The notes beneath the pieces were generated by a model. That model did not search any database, was not told where the DNA came from, and saw only the letters and a program-made list of their open reading frames with translations. DNA of 61,449 nucleotides, the filler included, from Chiloscyllium plagiosum (lineage: Eukaryota), in NCBI RefSeq assembly GCF_004010195.1. It is 4 parts of one record of this genome, joined end to end, with 100 filler letters (N's around TTAATTAATTAA, not from the genome) between each part and the next. Parts side by side here need not be neighbours in the genome. Positions count along the whole stretch, not along the records: positions 1 to 19,410 come from NC_057713.1; 3 more parts are not named here. One strand, written 5' to 3'. A program made the position numbers and the translations under genes. This document shows, in pieces, positions 1 through 12,169 of this stretch (its first letter is position 1; each line of letters begins with the position of its first letter).

Positions 1-265
1 GACCTCTCCGCCCCCACCCCCGTCTGGCCTATCACCCTCACCTTGACCTCTTTCCACCTATCACATTTCCGACGCCCCTCCCCCAAGTCCCTCCTCCCTA
101 CCTTTTATCTTAGCCTGCTGGACAAACTTTCCTCATTCCTGAAGAAGGGCTTATGCCCGAAATGTCGATTCTCCTGTTCCCTGGATGCTGCCTGACCTGC
201 TGCGCTTTTCCAGCAACACATTTTCAGCTTTGATCTCCAGCATCTGCAGACCTCACTTTCTCCTC
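1..265 (+). mobile_element. Penelope-like element 3' terminal (pLTR) segment, family 1, with hammerhead motif at 135-170
   Basis: attc-CTGAAGA-a-gggc-ttat-gccc-GAAA-tg-TC-gatt followed by the tail ggatgctgcctgacctgctg...ctccagcatctgcag...ctttctcc shared by many copies; near reverse complement of 61270-61449. Confidence 0.8.
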
Positions 266-1326
266 AAAGATAATACAATGAGTCCATCACCTCCTCTGTG
301 GTGTATATTTGATATCGATGATTACCTGCAAGAATACAATGAAGTTAGAAATGGGATGCCATGAATGAACCTATTTCAACATTTACATTTGAGCAGCAGA
401 ACAGAGAAGAATCATGAGACCAGTGGCATCAGCATGCTGGAATTTAACTTACTTTCAAGTTGAAAAACATTGCACTTTCCCTACTAGCAAGCTCTGCTGA
501 CACCCAGTGTCTCATAAAAAATGCTGAGTTCTCTCTCTGGCTGTTTTTACAGCCAGTGTTTACAATTTCTTTTGACACAAACCCCCAATAGATATCCAGG
601 CCAGCAGTCACGCCTGAACAGTTTAATGCTACAGACACTTGCCTTACAACTTCAGTTTCTGGGGATTGCCTAAACCAAGGCCTGGCTTCCCACACTGGAA
701 ACACTTGGGCAGGTTTCCCACTTGTGTCACATCCACATCCCTTCTGTTAATGATCCGAGTTCTACCTTCTACTTCCTGTGGTTCTATTTTCCTTTTCTTT
801 CCAGCTTGTCTCAGGAATATTTGCCTTGCACCTATCTGTCCCCCATTTGTGACAGCTCCCGGACCCGAGCTTCTTTGAGTTTATGAGCCTGAGTATTAAC
901 TCACCAATGGTTCAGCCAGAATTTCAGCCTAACTGGGCCCTGCTACTTTGGGTTCTTCTACATTAGTCCGAATCAGATAGTGCATTTGATTTCATGAAGG
1001 AGAATTACCTCAAGAGATTTTGTAGGTGACCTCAATTTCAAGCGTCATATCCTCTGGTTAAAGCTAATTTATTAACTGTTTAAATTCTAGGTATGTCTAG
1101 TGAGTCATTTCTTGAGTGTTAACCTTTCACAAGAGATAATGAAGGAGTTCACCTCTTCCTCATCAAACTTGGAGATTAAATGTGAACTTGAATTCTTCAT
1201 CCTTAATTGAGCTCCCTCACCAGAGCTATTCACCTTTGTCAGTTAGGACTGTCTGGACTGGAATGCCCTTCCACTTTTGTGGAATTCTTGCTCTTATTTG
1301 ATTGCCAGACACAGTCTGTCTCTTTT

Positions 1327-1350
1327 ATTCCATTCCATTCCATTCCATTC
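1327..1350. repeat. (TTCCA)n microsatellite
   Basis: direct inspection, 4-5 units. Confidence 0.85.
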
Positions 1351-1384
1351 TCTTTCCTCTTTTATTTAAATGTTACCTTCTTTG

Positions 1385-1716
1385 TAGAATCCCCACAGTG
1401 TGGGGACAGGACATTCAACCCAACAAGTCCACACCAACCCTCAAACAATCATCCCACCCCGACCCATCCACCTACCCTATCCCTATAACCCGGTATTTCC
1501 CTGGCTAACACACCCCTAAATACTATGAGCAATTCTGCATGGCCAATCCACCTAACCTGCACATCATTCGACTGTGGGGGGGAACCAGAGCATCTGGTGG
1601 AAACCAACACAGACACACATATGCAAACTCTACACAGACAGTTGTCCGAGGCTGTAATCGAACACAGGTCCCTGGCGCTGTGATGCAACAGTGCTAACCA
1701 CTGAGCCACCATGCCA
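1385..1716 (-). mobile_element. HE1-type V-SINE
   Basis: tRNA-like head (tggctcagtggttagcac...gttcgatt), V-domain and CR1-like 3' tail on the minus strand. Confidence 0.85.
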
Positions 1717-2002
1717 CTGTTTCCACCTCTATGTATTTTGCCATAGCTTTTGCAATTGTTGTGGCACTCTATCACCAAGGGCCTACCGAGCTTTTATAAT
1801 TCTTCCAAGGACAATGCTTTTAGATTTCTGAAAGTTATTTCATCCTGCTCCGTGGATGCACTCATATTAATTGGACCTCTCAGCACTTTTCCTAAAACTG
1901 TAAAGGTTTTCTTTAGTGAAGAGAAATTTACTAGTTACTAGCTGCAAGAAAATAATATATTGAAACATCAAAAACACACACAAATAGGTGTGAATTTTAA
2001 AA

Positions 2003-2140
2003 AGGAGAAAGTGAGGACTGCAGATGCTGGAGATCAGAGCTGAAAAATGTGTTGCTGGAAAAGCGCAGCAGGTCTTCCTTCCTGAAGAAGAGCCTATGCC
2101 CGAAATGTCGATTCTCCTGCTCCTTGGATGCTGCCTGACC
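2003..2140. mobile_element. Short PLE-derived insertion with internal inversion and hammerhead motif (2079-2113, +)
   Basis: minus-strand tail 2003-2074 joined to plus-strand ttcctgaagaag...gcccgaaatgtcg...ctgacc; degenerate TSD tgaattttaaaaagg/tgaagtttaaaaggg. Confidence 0.75.
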
Positions 2141-2730
2141 ATGAAGTTTAAAAGGGAAAGAGTGATAGAGACAGGAATAGCAAAGGCTATAAAGTTTAAA
2201 ACTCTTGAAGAGTTCTTTAGGTGTTAAATTTTTAATCTAAAACCACTATTGTTTCAATGTTGACATGCGTCTGCAGTAGTGGTCAAATACATAGATATCA
2301 TTGAGTTCTCGGTGATTGGTTGTTTCTTGGAATCTTTTTTAAACTGGGTATTGTTTTCAGGGTGATGAGGCAAAAAAAGTAAGAGAGAGAAAGAGAGTCT
2401 GTGTTTCACTCCTTGCTGTTATCAATCCATGTTCTTCCACTGCTTTGTTGCTCAAAGGGAGTTGCTGAAATGGGGTTCATTTGTGTTTTTCCATGTTTAG
2501 CTTCATTATTTTCTTACAACCTGAGTACTGTGCAGGAACTCTTTTGTATTCAATGTGAGACACTCATCAGGTATATACAAATTGAAGCCTGAATCACTAA
2601 CTTTCTAATTGAAAAAAAAGTAGCTTCAGTGCAGAAAATTGTGTTTATTTACATGGGTCTCCTGAGCTTTTCTCAGTCTGTGGTTAGGTGATCTCAGCAA
2701 TCGTTTTAGTCATATTTTATTGTTTGCTTA

Positions 2731-3671
2731 TGTTATGGACCAGACTAAGCCACTCAAGATATGTCAAGGAAATAGCCTAGATCTTAACTTTTACTTATTT
2801 TAAAGGCAAGTGGCAGGCATTGCATTCCTGATGCAATTTTCATTAGATTCCCAACAGTGTGGAAACAGGCCCTTCGGCCCAACAACTCCACACCAACTCT
2901 CCGAAGAGCAACCCGCCAGACCCATTCCCCCTATTTACTCCTGACTAATGCACCTAACACTATGGGCAATTTAGCCAGGCCAATCCACCTGACCTGCACA
3001 TCCTTGGACTGTGGGAGGAAACCGGAGCACCCGGAGGAAACCCACACAAACACAGGGAGAATGTGCAAACTCCACACAGACAGTTGCCTGAGGCTGGAAT
3101 TGAACCCGGGTCCCTGGGGCCGTGAGACAAAGTGCTAACCACTGAGCCACCGAGCTGCCCCGACCAATTTGATTGGTCAAGCTATCAGGCTTGAAGGAAA
3201 ACACGCTTTATTCATAAAATATAGTTAAAATACAGATAAAATAAAAAAAACTTCACTGTAATTATTGAAATACTTAAAATAATAAACTACTCATTAATTG
3301 TTCCAATATAATAACATCCCAATACAGTGACATCATTGGCAAAGGCAAGCTCAATAAAACCAATTGTCTCACATGCAATTCTAGCAGCAGGAAGAGAACC
3401 CCAGCTTTTAGCTGTAACGGAGCATCCACATCCAGCTTCAAGACCCCAGCAACTGCTACTGAAAGTTGAAACTAAAATCATAGATCTGTGGGAGCTTGAC
3501 TCCATCCATTCAGGCTGCACCTATTGTTCCAACTTTAAAAAAAACAAATGCAAGACCTCACAAGTGGTTTCCTTTATTGGCTTGAAGCAGATTGCTCTCC
3601 ACTTCTGTCTCAATCTCTCTTCATTAAAAAAAAGGACAAAATACATCTCTTAAAACCATAATACCGTCACA
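2731..3671 (-). mobile_element. Solo LTR (Ty3/gypsy-like), interrupted by an HE1 SINE
   Basis: TG...CA termini; ends tgttatggacc and cgtcaca are reverse complements of the ends of the 5659-6312 LTR; flanks gctta/gttta. Confidence 0.7.
2842..3161 (-). mobile_element. HE1-type V-SINE nested in solo LTR
   Basis: V-domain gtgtggagtttgcacattctccc...ggtttcctccgggtgctccggtttcctcccacagtcc on the minus strand. Confidence 0.9.
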
Positions 3672-3757
3672 GTTTATAAGTCATCATGAGAGGTCTCAGA
3701 CATAACATGCACATCTATAGAATCAGAATGGGCTTAAAATCTTAATTCAATGATTTT

Positions 3758-3950
3758 GGGGTGGCATGGTAGCTCAGCCATTAGCTAAACTGCCCATAGT
3801 GTCCAGAGATGTGCAGGCTAAGTGGTTTAGCCATAGGAAATGCAGGGTTACAAGCGTAGGGTAGGGGCGGGTTGGGTGGGATGCTCTTCGGAGGGTTGGT
3901 GTGGACTCGATGGGCCAAAAGTCTGTTTTCACACGGCAGGGATTCTATTC
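3758..3950 (+). mobile_element. HE1-type SINE, internally deleted
   Basis: head gggtggcatggtagctcag joined to the 3' part gctaaactgcccatagtgt...ttttcacacggcagggattct. Confidence 0.7.
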
Positions 3951-4019
3951 TTTGTCTAGATAATGCAAGTTAAAATCTGATTATCTGTATGACCGAAAGT
4001 CATACTAAATGCCACATTT

Positions 4020-4611
4020 TTTAATTAATTCATGTGATAACGGCATTACTGGCTATGTCAGCATATATTGCCCAACCTAGAGGACAGTTAAGAATCAACC
4101 ACGTTGCTGTGGGTCTGGAGTCACATGTAATCTAGACCAGGTAAGAACGACAGTTTCCCTGCCCAAAGGACATTAGTGAACCAGATTCTACCATGGTGAA
4201 AGTCAAACCCAGGTCCACAGATGGGCGGCACGGTGGCACAGTGGTTAGCACTGCTGCCTCACAGCGCCAGAGACCCGGGTTCAATTCCCGACTCAGGCGA
4301 CTGACTGTGTGGAGTTTGCACATTCTCCCCGTGTCTGCGTGGGTTTCCTCCGTGTGCTCCGGTTTCCTCCCACAGTCACAAAGATGTGCGGGTTAGGTGA
4401 ATTGGCCATGCTAAATTGCCCATAGTGTTAGGTTAAAGGGGATAAATGTAGGGGTATGGGTGGGTTGCACTTCGGCGGGTCGGTGTGGACTTGTTGGGCC
4501 GAAGGGCCTGTTTCCACACTGTAAGTAATCTAATCTAATCTAATCTAAGATCAATCAATGGGTCTTTGGATTAGCAGTCCAGCAATAACACGACTAGGCT
4601 GTCGCCTCCCC
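4020..4611 (-). mobile_element. tRNA-derived SINE (second family) split by an HE1 insertion
   Basis: minus-strand head ggggaggcgacagcctagtcgtgtt...ctgggtttgact; 3' tail gggcaatatatgctgacatagccag resembles the 3' end of the old LINE at 11790-11812 and 23160-23230. Confidence 0.6.
4223..4548 (+). mobile_element. HE1-type V-SINE, full length and young, (TAATC)n tail
   Basis: gggcggcacggtggcacagtggttagcac A-box, gggttcaattccc B-box, V-domain, CR1-like tail. Confidence 0.95.
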
Positions 4612-5658
4612 TACTGTTACAGGTACTCACAAATGTACACATAAATGTAAAGGAGCAGGATATGATCAAGTGTTGAACTGTTCTTCAGTGACGGCTGGTG
4701 AAGACCTCTGGCTGGAGGTAAATGTTAGATCAGACCTTCTTTGTTATCATCCTCTTTCCTGAATGCTATCTTCACCATACTGAAGACCCTCATCCTTTGG
4801 CAACTCTCTGCTTTGCAAAACAAAATTCAGCAGCATTCAGCCAAGAACTGTCAAGGCTAAAGCTGGGATTACTTTAGATTAATTGATGCTGTAGGATTTC
4901 TTTTAGAGACAAAAAGCACAGTCAATAACACATTTCTCCAAGGTTAGTTTTTCTCCAATTCTGCACATATGTTAATGATTACTTTCCAGAATCATGCATG
5001 AAAGGATAAGATGTAATAGTTTTCATTTGTAATGTTGTGTATTCTTCTTACACGAAAGCATTTTTGAGCTCCAATATTGCACTCACTGCAGAATTTGTGT
5101 CAGGGATGGGTGTCTGCCAGGACCAAGGTAATTCACAGAGCATTGAGAACTACATCAGGTCATTTGAATGCAAAAGCTCTCAGAACAGATTTGAACCTTC
5201 CAACTTAAGTTAGCACAATTGAGGGTGTGGGCAAAACAAATTTTAAAGGCGTAACTACATTCAGAGATGAGTGATCACACTTTAGATCCAATATTCTCTC
5301 AGCCTTAATAAATTTCAAAGTGGATTTTACCTAACATATCGGACAATAAATTTCTATTCTAAGTCAAGGATATAGTTGTATCATGAGATACAATTGCAGA
5401 AGTTTTTCTTGATTTCTCAAGAACTCCTCATAGAATCACACAATACAGAAGAGGCCCTTCAGCCCATTGATTGTACCATCCTTTTCCTCTTCCAAATCTA
5501 GTAATGCCAAATAAACTTCCAGCCATGTCCAATAACAATGTTAGTATGCTACACAATATGCAAAAAACCCAAAATATTAAAAGCTATGCTTGCCTTCAAG
5601 AACTCTTGTACGTCGAGCCACTTGTAGGATCATAACATTATTTTATGTCAAGTCAAAG

Positions 5659-6312
5659 TGTGACGATGCTGCTCCTTTAAGAAGGTTATGTGGTCCTTGG
5701 TTTACTTTTCAAGAGGGGTTGTAAAAGGCAAAGGTTCCAATTTTCATAGGATTTGGGGTCTTTGTTAATGACTAACAGATACTGCCCAATGCAACAATCA
5801 AGGAAAAGGCTTTTAGATTTTTTTAAAAATAGTTGTACAATGAAAGCGGAGTGGCCAGTTCTCCCAGTTCAGGGATTTTTCTAGATTGGTTTAGCTTTAG
5901 GTGGGGATAGAGAAGCAGCTACAGTGAAAAGAGGTTTCATGCTTCTGCAAATAATCTCTGGTTGATCCTTTCTCTCTAACATCTCTCCTGTAAAAACCTG
6001 GGTTTGAATTTCCCTTTTTTGCCAAGGGGTGTGTTTATGGGTATGTTGCAGGAAATTGGAACAGCATCATAAAGTTACGATAGAGTCAGTTGGGTTTTCA
6101 GATAGGTTAAGTTATTCTATATTCTGTTCTCTTTCGTTTGTGTTTCATTCGGTAGTCTGTAAATAAATTCAGTTTTGTTTAAAACTGAGTGGTTTGACCA
6201 GCTACTTCACTCCTGGAATATCCACTCTACATTTGCCTAAAACAACTACAAAGGTCAGGGTCTGGGCTAGCTTCTTAAAATGTTTTGAGGGGATCTAGCC
6301 TGGTCCATAACA
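5659..6312 (+). mobile_element. Solo LTR (Ty3/gypsy-like)
   Basis: TG...CA termini, 4-bp TSD AAAG (5655-5658 and 6313-6316), AATAAA at 6162-6167. Confidence 0.8.
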
Positions 6313-6397
6313 AAAGCCAGAGACTTTATATATCGGCATTTAACATTGTGAGGACAGTCCTTTTAATTGTTCCTAGAAAGCAATTTTAAAAAAAAAA

Positions 6398-6748
6398 TCA
6401 TAGAATGCCTACAGTGTGGAAGCAAGTCAGTTGGGCCATCAAGCTCAAGCTGACTGTCTGAAGAGCATCCAACTCTGACCCAATCCTCTATCCTAACCTT
6501 GTAACCATGAATTTGCTGTGACTAATCAACCTATACATTCCTGGATGCTACAGACAATTTGGCATGGCCAATCCACCTAAACTGTGCATCTTTGGATTGT
6601 GGGAGAAAACCAAAGTACCCTGAGGAAATCCCCACAGACATGGGAAGATTGAGTAATCTCCACACAGGCAATCACCCAAGGGTAGAATTGAACCTAGGTC
6701 CCTGGTGCCATGAGGCAACAGTGCTAATCACTGAGCCACCAAGCCACC
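6398..6748 (-). mobile_element. HE1-type V-SINE, diverged
   Basis: degenerate V-domain and tRNA head. Confidence 0.8.
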
Positions 6749-6934
6749 CTCTGGTTATCAACTTAAAGCATGATAAAGATTGAAGGAATTTTCCAATAGT
6801 TTCAGTGCTACAAAAAATTTAATTTGCTAGAAATTGGATAAATGGCCTGTTTATATCCAACTTGCCCTCAGGGCAATACTCTATCAAAGTTGAACTCATT
6901 TTTTATTGCAAATATACTAGGTGGACATAGTCTA

Positions 6935-7600
6935 ACTGAAGTGCATGCTTGTACTGGAATATAATTGTTCAATACCATTGCCAGAATATTGTCAGACCCA
7001 TAGCCTTTGCCCAATTTAGTGCCTTCTTGATCTCATATAGAGTGAAACAAATTGGCTGAAGACTGGCATCTGTGATAGTGGGGACTTTTGAAAGAGGCTG
7101 AGATGGATCATCCACCTTCTGGTCGAAGTTGAATGCAAATACTTCAGAATTGGCTTTTACAATGATGGGCTGGAATCCCCCATCATTAAGGACAGGGAAA
7201 TGTTTATAGACTCCACCTCATGGTAGAATTGTCCACCACCATTCATGACTGAGTCTAGCTGGATTGTCGAGCTTAGATCTGATCTATTGGTTGTGGAATT
7301 GGTTAGCCTTGTATATTGCATGCAGCTACTGTTGTTTAGCAAGCAAGAGATTCAGTGTTCTAGCTTCACCAGGTTGACACCTCATTTTTAGGCATGCCTG
7401 GAGATATTCCTGGCATACTCTCTGGGATTTTTCATTGGAGCAATATTGATCTCCCATCTTAATGGTAATGGTAGGGTAAGGGGTGCACATTGCATGAGCT
7501 TACAGATCGTGGTTGAGTACAGTTCAGCAGGTGATGACCCACAGTGCCTCATGGATGCCCAGCTTTGAGTTGTTAGATCTGTTCAAAGTCTGGCCCATTT
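6935..7600 (-). mobile_element. Ancient CR1/L2-supergroup LINE ORF2 fragment
   Basis: similar to 55380-55725 and to the reverse complement of 35950-36550. Confidence 0.6.
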
Positions 7601-7802
7601 AGTTTGAATTTACCCCCTTTTTGGTGCCCCCACCACCTGCTGCAGACACAATTTCCCACCTACATGCTGCCACTCAACAGTATCCCATATATACTACCAT
7701 TTCAATATCAACACTATCTCTTTCAGCTCCTTCACAGTCAGAAATTTTTCAGGTAATCTGACAGTGAGTACTGGATGAACAAAAATATTGTCCATTAAAT
7801 AT

Positions 7803-8110
7803 TAGAGTCACACAGTGTCATACAGATGTGTAGCACGGAAACAGACCCTTCGGTCCAACCCGTCCATGCCAACCAGATATCCCAACCCAATCTAGTCCTA
7901 CCTGCCAGCACCCGGCCCATATCCCTCCAAACCCTATCTATTCATTTACCCACCCAGATGCCTTTTAAATGTTGTAATTGTACCAGCCTCCACCACTTCC
8001 TCTGGCAGCACATTCCATACATGTACCACCCTCTGCATGAAAAAGTTGCCCCTTAGGTCCCTTTTATATCTTTCCCCTCTCACCCTAAACCTATGCCTAT
8101 TGGGAAGACC
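7803..8110 (-). mobile_element. CR1 (HER1-like) LINE 3' end
   Basis: FRVRGERYKRDLRGNFFMQRVVHVWNVLPEEVVEAGTITTFKRHL plus 3' UTR; matches 54140-54421. Confidence 0.9.
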
Positions 8111-8239
8111 CAAGTCATTGCATTCAATCCCCATTTCAAACTGTATTTCCCGGCTACCAGTTCCATCCTCTCCCAGTTTGATGCTTGCAGAACTGTTCAC
8201 AAATTTGCTATGACATTTGACACGGAGAAGAACTTCTAA

Positions 8240-8780
8240 TGACAGACTCATGCTGTCTCTAAGACAACATTCTACCTAAGTGGCATCACCCACCTCCATC
8301 CATGTCTCAGTTTATTTGGTGCAAAATCTTCATCCATGCCTTTGGAGCTAGAATTTACTATTCCAATGTACTCCTGGCTAACATCCCTCAACATGACATA
8401 TTTCATACTGTCCTGCCATCTCTTCTCTCACCCCAAATCCTTCCCCCCTCCCCCCCCCGCCCTCATGCTTGCCGATGTACATTCACTATAGTTAAGCAAT
8501 GTATTGATTTTAAGATCCTCATGTTCATTTGAAAATTTTTACGTAGCTTTAACCTCCCAATCTCTGTGATCTCAGAGAACCACAACTCTTTGACCTATCT
8601 GAGTTATTTTGATTCTGACTCCCTGAGAATCTCTGATTTCAATTGCTCCACAATTGGTGACCATGTCAACAAACATCTAGGTCATAATCTTTGGAATTCC
8701 CTCCGTAAATCTGTCTGCCTCTCTACTTCGCTTTTCATCAGCAAGATATTTCTAAAAACCTATCTATTTGACCAAGTATT
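8240..8780 (+). mobile_element. L2 LINE 3' fragment
   Basis: degenerate IHAF..RIYYSNVLLA, VKQCIDFKIL and LWNSLRKSVCLSTS..FLKTYLFDQ, typical of the L2 ORF2 C-terminus. Confidence 0.7.
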
Positions 8781-9329
8781 CAGCAAAACACATTCAAGTT
8801 ATTGATGCATTCTATATATAAAATACACTAAAGCTTTGAAGAATGATGGTTGGGTAGTCACTAAAGTGATTGTATTCACTAGTACCTGCTATTTATAATC
8901 TTCTCTGTTTGACAGAAGAGAGACATATGTTTTCAATGGAAAATTAGAAGTTGTGCACAATGGAAGGAAAATTGATGGATATGCAATGGAGTGCTGACCT
9001 ACTTTATTCAGTTTTATGTCTTTGCCTTTGTTCAAGCCCACTTTCTGCATAAGTTTTAACAGCAATCAGTGCACTTTTCAAAGACGCTACCATTCAGAAT
9101 ATTGTTGTCCCCTGCCCATTCAGTGCATGAAATCTGTGCTACAGACATTCACATCATCAAAAGTGTAGTTTAATGCACCTCTTGAACCGTTCATGCTGTG
9201 GTCATGCACTGTTAGAAGTGCTTTTTTAAGAGTAATTGCCTTTGCCTATGAAAAAACGTTCAATTCCAAGGTGTAATGAAGCTAGATGCCCATAGGAACA
9301 GACTGACTAAAGCACTATGGGAGACAGAA

Positions 9330-10190
9330 CCATTAAAGTGGGGGCAAAAAGAAATATAGTTATCATAGGGGAAAGTATAGTTAGGGGAATAGATGCTGTT
9401 ATTTGCAGCAAATACAGGGACTCCCAAGCCTGTGTTGCCTACCTATTGCCAGGAATCAGGACATTTGTTTCAGGACATTAATAAGAGAGGAAGTTAACTT
9501 GCAGAGTATATTGGGATTGTTTCTTAGAAAGTACCTTACACAACCTATCCTGGAGTAGGCTATTTCAGATCTAGTGGTGTGTAACGAGTTAGGATAAATA
9601 AGGCATCTTGGAGTTAAGGATGCTTAAGGGAGTAGCAATCATAACATGGTAGAAATTCAAATCCAGTTTGAGGGAGAGCAACTTAGATCTGAAACCAGAG
9701 TCCTCAACCCGAATAAGGGGAATTCCAGATGTATGATGAAAGAGTGATCTAATGTGGGCTGAGAAAATAGAATAAGTGGAAAGCCTACAGATGAGCAGAC
9801 ATTTAAGCAGATATTTCATTGCACTCAGCAAAAATGTATTCCGGTCAAAAAGAAGGAATTGATGAGAAGGCTGAACCACTCATGGTTACAAAGGCTGCTA
9901 AGGAGAGTATCTAATTAAAAACTAAGGCATACAAAATGACAAAAAAACAATTTCAGGCCAGGCGACTAGGAACAAGCTGCAGATGACTAAAAACTAAAAG
10001 AAAGAGAAAATGTATTATGAAAGTAAATATAAAAACAACCAGCATGGCTATCTAAAGAGAGAGCTAAAGTAAGTGTGGAACCTTTGGAGCATGCAACTGG
10101 GGAGTTGATAGCGAGGAATAGGAAGTGGTAGATAATTTAAACTAATAGTTTTATATCGATGAGGAGATAGATTTTCAACAATAAGAGGAG
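9330..10190 (+). mobile_element. Degenerate CR1 (ORF1 esterase / ORF2 remnants)
   Basis: VIIGESIVRGIDAVIC (GDS-IVRG-like) and DLVVCNE remnants. Confidence 0.55.
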
Positions 10191-10649
10191 ATAAATTTAA
10201 AGTGCTTTGCAAAACAAGCAAATGTGATTCAAGATATGGCTGTGGTGGGGTAAGACTGGGTCAAGGGAGGAGACTGCCACCCGTGCCACACCTCCCCAAC
10301 CATCTGTTGCCTCTACCTCATTCTGTTTACTTTCTTTATATCTGACCTGCCTGTCCAATTCCAACCCTCCATGTTTCTCTATCCAATTTCTCCTCCCTCC
10401 CACCCCAGTCAGTATCCTGGAGGCATTTTCTGCTCTGAACCCCATTTCAATGTTGTGCCAATTCTTGGCACATGCACAGTGCAATGATACAGAGGATCTG
10501 GAACCATGTACATGCATGTTTCTGAGTGAGTGATCATGCACAGCTGCCTCTGAGTTGCACTGTCAGCAACTATAAAGTTTTATTGTTGAAGCCTCTTCTC
10601 CATTAAACATAGTCCTCAGTTCTTCTTTCTGGTGCTATTTAAAGCAGTT

Positions 10650-10960
10650 AAATCACCTTAAGTGGTGGCATCACAAGATCTTCCAAGTCTGGTGGTGAGA
10701 AAGGAATAAAGCATCCTCTACCCAGCCAACATCCCAACATCAAAATGTAAATTACTCAGACCATGCTCCATTGGGCAGGATACGCTGTCACATAGCTCTC
10801 AGCTGACTTCTGAACTAACTTCTCTATTTGAAAATTAGTTGCAGCAAGAGGAACATGGAAATGTCTTATGGATGTCCTCAAAGCATCTTGAACAATTCAA
10901 CAAACTCCACCAACACATGGAAGTCACTGGCTCATTCCTGACAAAAGTGGAGAAGCTATG
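10650..10960 (+). mobile_element. Degenerate RTE-like LINE C-terminal fragment
   Basis: remnants ANIPTSK, LHWAG and DVLKAS resemble the RTE ORF C-terminus. Confidence 0.4.
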
Positions 10961-11358
10961 TTTGTTGACTTTCTGTGATACATTAATGTGTGAAGTTGAT
11001 GATTTGATGAGTAGATTATATTGAAAATGACCTTGACCAGTTTTGAAAGAAATGAAACTGGATGTTTTGCCTATCCTGCGTAACTTAAATCTGATCCTGG
11101 AATTTTAGTTATGAATCAGCATAACCAGAGAAAAATACACATTGCAGTATATTGTTCAGTAAGTGCAGATTCATTATTTTTTAAAAAAATCAGTTGGAAA
11201 TAACATTTTTGCAATTAAGTTGGCCAAGCTGGATCCTCAATTCTAATTTCTGACTTTAAAAAAAATTGTTACCACTGAATTTCTATGACTGCTTAAAGAA
11301 TTTGGGGAGTATCTGCATTATATAGAAATAAGGATGAAATGGCTATTTATTTATCTGG

Positions 11359-11445
11359 GTGACAATTTAATGAAGGAACTGCAGCAATGGCTAATGCAAT
11401 ACACATTATGATGCATAAATTGACAATTAAGACCACAAACGACTG
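11359..11445 (+). repeat. 87-bp direct repeat, copy 1
   Basis: identical to 12170-12256. Confidence 0.95.
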
Positions 11446-11489
11446 AGAACAGTACAGAGGTAGCATACATTCATTTCTGTGAGAGAATC

Positions 11490-11812
11490 CCATCCACCAC
11501 CTTCAACCTCGATTCACACCTTTACTGATGCATAGTAGCAGCAGAGTGTATCATTTACAGGATGCACTGCAATAATGGCTCTTTCAACAGCACCTTCCAA
11601 ATCTATGACCTCCACCACCATAAGGAAAAGGGCAGCAAATGCATAACAGCACCATTGCCTGAAAATCCCAGTTCGAAACTACATCACTGTCACAGTGGCA
11701 TAATCCTCGAACACCTTTCCTAACAATACTATGCTTATACCTACCCACGATGGACGATTAGGAATGCTACTCACCAGATCCCTTGCAAAAGCAATTAGGG
11801 ATAGGCAATAAA
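11490..11812 (+). mobile_element. Ancient LINE 3' end
   Basis: AECIIYRMHC remnant and tail gcaattagggataggcaataaa; matches the reverse complement of 23160-23560. Confidence 0.65.
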
Positions 11813-11874
11813 AGAAAACATTGTGTTAATTTTATTCACACACCCCCCCCCCCCCCCCTTCAGTTGGAAATAAA

Positions 11875-12100
11875 GGAAAGAACTTTCATTTTAATAGCAT
11901 TTTTCCATGACATCACCACCCCCTTCAATGTATTTTACAGATAACAAAGCCTTTCAGCAACTGATGCTGTAATTTGAAAAACACTAAAACTGCCGTAACG
12001 TAGGTAACAAGGCAGCTAATTTTATGCACAACAAGATCTCATAAATACCCATCAAATAAATAACCAGATGTATAATTGCATGAAGCTAGTTGAGGGAACT
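11875..12100 (-). mobile_element. Deu-domain SINE remnant
   Basis: gtaggtaacaaggcagctaattttatgcacaacaagatctcataaa...accagat...gttgaggga resembles 43260-43370. Confidence 0.5.
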
Positions 12101-12169
12101 CTTTATGAAAGTCAAGCAGATTATGAGCCATGGCTGTAGTAGATTACAACTGCCATTCAATTAACCATC

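Noticed and set aside
2857..3204. Recurrent ORFs such as MWKQALRP...LDCGRKPEHPEETH
   Set aside because: Chance translations of HE1 SINE copies.
4223..4300. tRNA genes
   Set aside because: The A/B-box sequences are SINE heads that continue into the V-domain; no complete cloverleaf.
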